This document shows positions 58,418 to 64,000 of a stretch of 64,000 bases of DNA, piece after piece. Below the pieces are notes generated by a model. The model was not told the origin of the DNA. It saw nothing but the letters and a program-made list of their open reading frames with translations, and searched no databases. Origin of the DNA: Actinomycetota bacterium (GTDB lineage Bacteria; Actinomycetota; UBA4738; HRBIN12). Position 1 is the stretch's first letter, and every line of letters begins with the position of its first letter. The stretch is taken from positions 2,897 through 66,896 of the forward strand of contig JBOGVG010000103.1 in NCBI GenBank assembly GCA_050692435.1, read 5' to 3'. Both the position numbers and the translations under genes were made by a program.

Positions 58418-58944
58418 TGGGCTCGGATCTTGCCCGCGCCGAGGTCGAGCTGGCCCGCCGGACCAGCCGTCGCTCGTTCCTCGGCACGGTGGGCCGCGCG
58501 GTGGTGGCGTTGGCCGGTGGGCCGTTCGTGGCCGTGGCCCTCGCTCCGGAGCGGGCCGAGGCGCACCACATCTGCGGGCATATCTTCACGACGGGCTCCT
58601 GCCCTCACCCGTACGCGCCGCGCTCCCGGGTCGACGCGTACGGGTTCCCGGTGCATCCCAAGCACGGCTATCCCGTCGACGACGATGGGCGGATCTACAC
58701 CGACATCCGGCAGCGCCGGCGGAAGGTCTGCCAGGCTCGGGTCCCCGATGAGTACCCGGGCGTGAAGGACCCGCGCTACGGGGGCGGGTGGAGCCGGTGC
58801 TGCGACGGCAGGGTCCGGCACATCCAGGACTGTTGCTCGAGCTCGCGGATCCGCATCAACGGCGATCCCTCTGTTCGAGGGTACTGCCCGAAGAACCTTC
58901 GGGTGTTCTGCATCACGTACCGGGAGCTGAACGTGGCGTGTTGA
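58417..58944 (+). CDS. MauA-like (methylamine dehydrogenase light-chain-like) Cys-rich protein with Tat signal
   Basis: Twin-arginine leader ELARRTSRRSFLGTVGRAVVALAG. The mature part has 10 Cys and a single Trp (GGGWSRCCDGRVRHIQDCCS). The ATG overlaps the upstream TGA. Confidence 0.7.
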   Translation: MGSDLARAEVELARRTSRRSFLGTVGRAVVALAGGPFVAVALAPERAEAHHICGHIFTTGSCPHPYAPRSRVDAYGFPVHPKHGYPVDDDGRIYTDIRQRRRKVCQARVPDEYPGVKDPRYGGGWSRCCDGRVRHIQDCCSSSRIRINGDPSVRGYCPKNLRVFCITYRELNVAC

Positions 58945-59015
58945 CGGAGCCTGTGGCGATCGCCGTGGTCGTGGCGTCGCTCGTCGCGGGGGTGTCCACG
59001 CTCTTCGGCCCCTGA
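58938..59015 (+). CDS. Possible 25-aa hydrophobic micro-ORF (VLTEPVAIAVVVASLVAGVSTLFGP)
   Basis: The GTG overlaps the MauA-like stop (GTGTTGA) and the ORF fills the 80-nt gap before the next gene. No independent support. Confidence 0.2.
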   Translation: MLTEPVAIAVVVASLVAGVSTLFGP

Positions 59016-59024
59016 GGGCTCTCG

Positions 59025-60161
59025 ATGGTGGAGACCATCACGCCCGTGGTGCACGGGGGACGAAGGGGAAGGTGGGCGGGAGACGTGGCGCTCCACGTGG
59101 CCGGCGCGACGCTTTCGGCCGCGGCGTTCGGGGCGATCCTGGGGGCGGCCGGGTCGGTCCTAGGGGCTCCATGGGGACGTGGGGGCCTGGTGGTCGTCGT
59201 CGTGGCCTCGGTGATCTACCTGCTGCGCGAGGCGGGGGTGGTACCGGTGCCCGTTCCCCAGCTCCGCCGTCAGGTGCCCGAGTGGTGGCGGGCCTTCTTC
59301 CCGGCCCCGGTGGCGTCGTTCCTGTACGGGGCGGGCCTGGGGATCGGCTTCCTCACGTTCTTGCGACAAGGGACGCTGGTCGCCGTCGCCGCGGCCGCGG
59401 CTTCGTCGGGGAGGCCCGGTGTGGGAGCGTTGCTCGTCGCTCCATTCGGGGTCGCGCGGGGCCTGTCGGTGCTCGCGACGGCCCGGATCCGAGCGCCGGA
59501 GGAGGGGCGGGCGCTGATCGGACGCCTGGAGGCCGCGGCGTCGGCACCGGCGTGGCGGACCGCCCATGTCGCCGCCTTGGGCGCGATGACGGCGACGACG
59601 GCCTTCGCCGTGGCAGGCTCCGGGGCCGGCGTCCGGGTCGGAGCGGTGGCGGCTGGAGTGCTCGGCGCGGTGTTCGCCTGGTCCGCCGGGGGCAAGCTCC
59701 TGAGCCCGAGGGACTGGCGCCGGGCCCGCTCCGCCCACGGTCTGCGAGGCCCGCTCGACCAGTTCGCCGCGATCGGCGCACCGGTCGCGGAGGCCGGGGT
59801 CCTCGGGCTCGTCGTCGTCGGGTTGCACCGAACGGCCGGCATCGCCGGTCTGCCCCTGCTACTCGTGTTCTCGCTCGCCGTCCTGCGGGCTCGGCGAAGG
59901 GCCGGGGACCTCGTTCCGTGTGGGTGCTTCGGAACGGTAAAGGCGCATGACTACCGGGTGCTGCTCCTTCGGAACGCGGTCCTGACCGTTGCCGCGGCGG
60001 TCGCCGCGGTCTGGGGGGTGGATAGCCCTCGGCTTCGGACTCCGGGGATCCCCACCGGCCCCGACGTTCTCCCCCTGGCCTTCGCCGTCGTCGGCCTGAG
60101 CGTGGCGGCGTGGACGATGGTGCGGTCGGTCCGATCCCTCGGCCGGCGGGGAGCTGCGTGA
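59025..60161 (+). CDS. Polytopic membrane protein: unknown N-terminal domain fused to a MauE/DoxX-like domain (CGCFG)
   Basis: The C-terminal half (FAWSAGGKLLSPRDW...VAEAGVLGLVVVG...LVPCGCFG...LLRNAVL) fits the MauE pattern. The N-terminal ~190 aa has 4-5 TM segments (RRQVPEWWRAFF...FLYGAGLGIGFLTF). Confidence 0.65.
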   Translation: MVETITPVVHGGRRGRWAGDVALHVAGATLSAAAFGAILGAAGSVLGAPWGRGGLVVVVVASVIYLLREAGVVPVPVPQLRRQVPEWWRAFFPAPVASFLYGAGLGIGFLTFLRQGTLVAVAAAAASSGRPGVGALLVAPFGVARGLSVLATARIRAPEEGRALIGRLEAAASAPAWRTAHVAALGAMTATTAFAVAGSGAGVRVGAVAAGVLGAVFAWSAGGKLLSPRDWRRARSAHGLRGPLDQFAAIGAPVAEAGVLGLVVVGLHRTAGIAGLPLLLVFSLAVLRARRRAGDLVPCGCFGTVKAHDYRVLLLRNAVLTVAAAVAAVWGVDSPRLRTPGIPTGPDVLPLAFAVVGLSVAAWTMVRSVRSLGRRGAA

Positions 60162-60772
60162 AACGAGGGTTCCGCGGCGTCACGATGGTGGTCGCGGTGC
60201 TGGCGTCGATAGGGCTCTCCGCGATCATCCCGGCCCTCGCCGCCCGGACGAACCTGGGCGATGCGAACGACAGCCCCGGGCCCCTGGACCTGCGGCACAT
60301 TCGGTTCGACCAGGACGCCGGCCCGGCCTCATGGGCGCTGCACACGTTCGGCTCCTGGACCGTCGACGACATCCAGGACTCGGGCTTCGTGTTGGTGATC
60401 CTCGACACGCTGGGGAGCCCCGACGAGGACTACCTAGTTGTCGTCCGGTCCGACGGACCGAAGCTGGTCGGCCTGCTCCTCCGTCGGCGGACGGGCGGCC
60501 GGGACACCGAGATCGGCCGGGTCCGGGTGGCGAAGTCCGGAGCCGATGGGGTCACGATGACGGTGGACATGGGCAAGCTGAATTTCGGGCCGACGCGAAC
60601 GTTGTACTTCTGGTGGGTACTCTCGCAGTTCACCGGGAAGGAATGTCCGCGGACCTGTCTGGACCGCGCGCCCGAGGAACGGGCCGTGCAGCAGAAGATC
60701 CCGAGCCCGTCGCCCACGCCCACCCCCTCACCCAGTCCCACCGACAGCCCCACGCCGTCGCCGAGCCCGTAA
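60158..60772 (+). CDS. Secreted protein of unknown function with SP/TP-rich C-terminal tail
   Basis: The GTG overlaps the upstream TGA. Signal peptide VKRGFRGVTMVVAVLASIGLSAIIPALAA. The tail reads PSPSPTPTPSPSPTDSPTPSPSP. Confidence 0.6.
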   Translation: MKRGFRGVTMVVAVLASIGLSAIIPALAARTNLGDANDSPGPLDLRHIRFDQDAGPASWALHTFGSWTVDDIQDSGFVLVILDTLGSPDEDYLVVVRSDGPKLVGLLLRRRTGGRDTEIGRVRVAKSGADGVTMTVDMGKLNFGPTRTLYFWWVLSQFTGKECPRTCLDRAPEERAVQQKIPSPSPTPTPSPSPTDSPTPSPSP

Positions 60773-60810
60773 CCCGAAGGCGGGCGCCTCGGCGCCTATG
60801 ATTGGGTGCC

Positions 60811-60848
60811 GGGGACGTAGCTCAGTCGGTAGAGCACCTGCTTTGCAA
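60811..60848 (+). pseudogene. tRNA-Ala (TGC) 5' fragment: acceptor 5' strand, D arm, anticodon stem 5' strand and loop only
   Basis: GGGGACG-TA-GCTC-AGTCGGTA-GAGC-A-CCTGC-TTTGCAA. The next bases are CCGGA rather than the required GCAGG. I found no T arm or CGTC(C/T)CC acceptor 3' strand in the next 3 kb. Confidence 0.7.
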
Positions 60849-61292
60849 CCGGAACAGCTCGAACGGTGTGCTGACCAGCGAAAACGCTCGGTCGGAGCGA
60901 GCGACACGGGCGCAGTTATCCGCTTAATCTCATGCCGTTGTGGACCGAGTGGGAACGGGTCTCGCGAGCCGGCGGGACCATTCGGTTGACCCTGGGCAGT
61001 GAGCCTTACAGGAAAGATCTCTTCGTAACCGAGGGCGTAGTGAGGCCCAGCGACGTCTACGCGGAGCGAAAGCGGCCGACTGCGACGGTCGGGAGTCGTG
61101 AGCACGATTCGTGTCGGTAGGAACTGGACGGGAGGCAATGCTCCTCGGTCGGAGGCCGACGCCTTCCAGACGACGGCCTGTTGGTGGCTTTCGCTTGCGG
61201 CGCTCGGGGGTCTCGGTCTGAACGCCGTCTTCGCTGGTGGTGGGCTGAACTAGTTTGTCCTGAAGGAACTTGCGAGGAGAGGGGAGGAACAG
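60849..61292. other. ~440-nt non-coding tract of lower GC with several small hairpins
   Basis: No frame gives a recognisable protein. My hand count of 60901-61020 gives about 61% GC, against about 75% for a 60-nt sample in the operon. Hairpins include AGCG-AAAA-CGCT (60877-60888), CACG-ATT-CGTG (61103-61113) and GTCGG-AGG-CCGAC (61148-61160). Confidence 0.5.
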
Positions 61293-61801
61293 ATGGCCCG
61301 TAAGATGCTGATTGCCGAGCAGTCCATCGCGACCAACGGCGTCACTAGCGTGACGCCCTGGACGGAAGCACGCGATCGCTTCGCGGAGGCGAATAGGTAC
61401 TGGCTAGCGACGGTGCGCCCAGACGGGAGACCACATATCATGCCGGTGTTCGGTGTCTGGGTGGGCGATGCTCTGTACTTCACAGCGGCCCGCACGAGCC
61501 GCAAGGCGAAGAACCTCGCGCTAAACGCCCGATGTGTGGTCGCGGCTGAGGTTCCCACCCTCGATGTGGTCGTCGAGGGCGAAGCCGTGAGGGTAAGCGA
61601 CGAGGCGAAGCTCCATCTCGTGGCCGACGCATACGCGTCCAAGTACGAGTGGCCCCTGACGGTGCGCGACGGCGCCTTCTTCGCGGAGTACGGAGCCCCC
61701 TCCGCCGGCTCGCCCCCGTACGACCCGTACGAGATGACGCCGGTGACGGGCTTCGGTCTCGGCATGGACGGCCATTCGGGGCCGCGCGTTGGAAATTCTA
61801 G
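61293..61801 (+). pseudogene. PPOX-class (pyridoxamine 5'-phosphate oxidase family, F420/FMN-binding) gene with apparent 3' frameshift
   Basis: WLATVRPDGRPHIMPVFGVWVGDALYFTAARTSRKAKNL... is typical of the family. An alternate frame ends HGRPFGAARWKF-TAG (61763-61801), resembling the family C-terminus. As assembled, the gene reads through in frame into the next gene. Confidence 0.55.
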
Positions 61802-61826
61802 ACGGGGTGCTCCCAGGCGACGAGCC

Positions 61827-62570
61827 ATGAAGCGCGGACTGTACTTGGCACCGTTCGACGAGTTGGCGGATCCGCGTCTCCTGGCCGAGCTCCCCAGGGT
61901 TGCTGAGTCCCGAGGTTGGGACGGCCTGTTCCTGTGGGATCGGATCGCGTATCCGCCCTCGGACCGCGCCGTGGCCGACCCATGGGTGGGACTCAGCGCC
62001 ATCGCTTCCAAGACGGACAGCCTTCGTATCGGGCCGATGATCACTCCGCTCTCGCGGAGGCGCGTCCAGAAGGTCGCACGGGAGACGGCCACGCTGGACC
62101 ACCTGAGCAACGGGCGTCTGAAACTGGGCGTCGGGCTCGGCAACACCGACGATCTCAGGCCTTACGGAGAGGCCATCGATCCACTCGAGCGCGCGCGCCT
62201 GCTGGATGAGGGCTTGGAGCGGCTCAGTGGATTCTGGAACGGCGCATTCCGCCCCCTCCCGGTACAGCGCCCGCGGATCCCCGTCTGGGTCGCGGCGAAC
62301 TGGCCCAATAGGGGCCCGGTCCGACGCGCGGCTCGATGGGACGGGTTGTTCCCGATCGATCTCCCCGGACCCGAGCAGCTCGCCGAACTCGCCGAAGCTC
62401 TTCGGCAGGAGCGTGCCGGGAGCGAGGATCCCTTCGATCTCGTCGTCGAGGTGCCGCCCGGAGCCGACGCTCATGCGTGGGAGGCCGCTAGCGCGACATG
62501 GGTGCTCACGAGCATCGAGCCGCAGCCCCCGGAGCACGAGATACGTGGGGTGATCGAAGCTGGTCCCTGA
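61827..62570 (+). CDS. LLM-class flavin/F420-dependent oxidoreductase (short form)
   Basis: MKRGLYLAPFDELADPRLLAELPRVAESRGWDGLFLWDRI...LGVGLG.... It shares the frame of ORF 61293..62570, and its codon usage is less GC-biased than the rest of the window. Confidence 0.6.
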   Translation: MKRGLYLAPFDELADPRLLAELPRVAESRGWDGLFLWDRIAYPPSDRAVADPWVGLSAIASKTDSLRIGPMITPLSRRRVQKVARETATLDHLSNGRLKLGVGLGNTDDLRPYGEAIDPLERARLLDEGLERLSGFWNGAFRPLPVQRPRIPVWVAANWPNRGPVRRAARWDGLFPIDLPGPEQLAELAEALRQERAGSEDPFDLVVEVPPGADAHAWEAASATWVLTSIEPQPPEHEIRGVIEAGP

Positions 62571-62730
62571 CCGCAGGTCCACGAAGAGTCCCTATCGATC
62601 GAACATGAGCGCAGCAGCAGTGCCATGCTTGCAACGACCCCGATGTGGTGCCGAGAGGGTGGGTGCCATCCGTGACGGACGCGGATCACCAACAACATCC
62701 AGGCGACCCCGACCGTCTTGACGGGCTGCG

Positions 62731-63100
62731 GTGCGGGACGGTGCCGCAGACAAACACCGGCCCAGCGCAACCGACTACGACGCCGAGCTGCGGCTGCACA
62801 ACGAGTGTTGCGCCGCGCCTGCCGGATCCACCGCCATGAGCACGTCCTCGATATCGGATGTGGGACCGGGCAGACGACCCGTGATGCCGCCCGGATGGCG
62901 CTGGCAGGGAGTGCGCTCGGGGTCGACATCTCCGCGTCCGCCATTGAGCGCGCCCGCGAGCTCGCCCGGGCGGAACGGCTCCCGAAGTCACCTTCGACCA
63001 GGGCGATGCGCAGATCCACCCCTTTCTGCCGGGGCATTTCGTTCTCGCTATCAGCAGGTTCGGCACGATGTTCTTCGACGACCCCATTGCCGCGTTTGCC
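62731..63100 (+). pseudogene. Class I SAM-dependent methyltransferase remnant spread over three frames and 3'-truncated
   Basis: Frame 1 reads DYDAELRLHNE. Frame 0 reads RVLRRACRIHRHEHVLDIGCGTGQTTRDAARMALAGSALGVDISASAIERARELARAERL. Frame 2 reads PEVTFDQGDAQIHPFLPGHFVLAISRFGTMFFDDPIAAFA. The frame changes lie near 62803-62810 and 62979-62984. Confidence 0.7.
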
Positions 63101-63384
63101 ATCCTTGAGGATGGCCTGCACATGGATTGGGCATTCTTCGGCTTCGTCCTGGGCTCGGCGATCATCCTTCTCGGGCTCCTCGCGCTCACGGGCGCGATCG
63201 CGCTCGCTGGTCGCGAGAGCCACCGGTACTCCGCGCTCATCCCGGCCGGGACCATGGCCGCCTTGATCTTCTACGTGGCCGCAGGCGGCATTCTGATGCT
63301 GGCCACCTGGCTCGCTGCAAGCGCGGTAGTCCTGGTCTTGCCCACGGGCACGGCTGCACAGACGTGACGGTCGTGAGCGTGTCG

Positions 63385-63526
63385 ACACCGTCGGGGCCCG
63401 CAGCCTGGCGCGACATCCCCGCCGTGTCAGGCGCCGATCGAGTTATCGATCCGGCCCTGCAACGTTGGATGGCGCAACGGGCGGGAGCGACGACGACGAT
63501 GTTCGACGATACGAGCCGCGCCGGCG
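63385..63526 (+). pseudogene. C-terminal remnant of an alpha/beta-hydrolase
   Basis: TPSGPAAWRDIPAVSGADRVIDPALQRWMAQRAGATTTMFDDTSRAG resembles the C-terminal Asp...His region of alpha/beta hydrolases (His position reads Arg). No N-terminal part is present. Confidence 0.45.
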
Positions 63527-63916
63527 TCACACGACGGCGACGGCGTCGATCTCGACGAGGAACTCGGGGCCCAAGCCGGCGACGACGTGGACCGTGAGGG
63601 CCGGCGGTGGGTCGGCCGGGTTCCACGCCTGCTGGAAGGCGGCGACACCCTCGTCGAACGTGTGGCCGTCCACCACGGCGATGGTCCAGTGCACGATGTT
63701 CGCCAGGCTCGCTCCCTCGCTCTCGAGGATGGTCCCGAGGTTGCGGAACGCCTGGCTGGCCTGCTCCCCGACGGTGGGACCGACGACCTTGCCGTCGGCG
63801 TCGACGCCGTTCTGTCCGCCGACGTAGATCGTCTTCGCCGGCTGTTCGACTACGACGGCCTGGCTGAAGGCCGGGCTGCGGTGGAGTCCCTCGGGGTTGA
63901 TGTGCCGTGTGCTCAT
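63527..63916 (-). CDS. RidA/YjgF/TdcF-family protein
   Basis: MSTRHINPEGLHRSPAFSQAVVVEQPAKTIYVGGQNGVDADGKVVG...FLVEIDAVAVV. GGAGG RBS lies 7 nt upstream of ATG 63916. Confidence 0.85.
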   Translation of the reverse strand: MSTRHINPEGLHRSPAFSQAVVVEQPAKTIYVGGQNGVDADGKVVGPTVGEQASQAFRNLGTILESEGASLANIVHWTIAVVDGHTFDEGVAAFQQAWNPADPPPALTVHVVAGLGPEFLVEIDAVAVV

Positions 63917-64000
63917 GTGTCGCCCTCCTCTGGCGATGAGACCAGTCATAGTGGTTTCGTGTGTGACACCGGTTGTAGTCGTTTCATGCGAGCGAGCGCA

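Noticed and set aside
60849-61292. Group I intron interrupting tRNA-Ala.
   Set aside because: No 3' exon (anticodon-stem 3' strand, T arm, acceptor 3' strand) is found within 3 kb, and I could not build P1 or P10 pairings by hand. It is left as a low-probability alternative to be tested with Infernal.
63068-63367. 99-aa hydrophobic ORF (MFFDDPIAAF...).
   Set aside because: Its N-terminus is the third-frame piece of the broken methyltransferase. The remainder has no start or RBS of its own and is likely a non-functional fusion remnant.

Overview
This is a high-GC (roughly 70%) actinobacterial chromosome segment centred on the replication origin. The backbone is the conserved ori-proximal block. 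One arm carries cca, Nudix, an Rv3909-like DUF6049 protein, murJ, a stand-alone pseudokinase, an ECF sigma/anti-sigma pair and trxB-trxA-cwlM. On the minus strand parB-parA-rsmG-jag-yidC-yidD-rnpA-rpmH face dnaA-dnaN-recF-dciA(DUF721)-gyrB-gyrA-DUF3566-tRNA-Ile on the plus strand. Interleaved with this backbone are:
- a nearly complete classical menaquinone cluster (menG, F, D, A, B, E), with menC/NSAR lying 24 kb away coupled to a GNAT;
- Ni-superoxide dismutase sodN with its protease sodX;
- a TusA/DsrE-like sulfur-relay pair;
- a TOBE-domain regulator with a MOT1-type molybdate transporter;
- an orphan pilT;
- an LVIVD/PA-domain surface protein.
The most unusual element is a tightly packed five-gene operon at 57.2-60.8 kb. 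It encodes a novel 23-residue-repeat protein, a MauD-like thioredoxin-fold protein, a Tat-signal Cys-rich MauA-like small subunit with a single Trp, a polytopic MauE fusion, and a secreted PT-rich protein. No methylamine dehydrogenase heavy chain, MauG or amicyanin is present in the window. Directly after the operon a tRNA-Ala(TGC) gene stops at the anticodon loop. It is followed by about 440 nt of non-coding sequence and about 2.3 kb of lower-GC, frameshifted gene remnants. I saw no rRNA, CRISPR, transposase or integrase. Many long ORFs in the supplied track are GC-rich shadow frames overlapping real genes. The track also translates GTG/TTG starts as M, so several starts were re-picked by hand.
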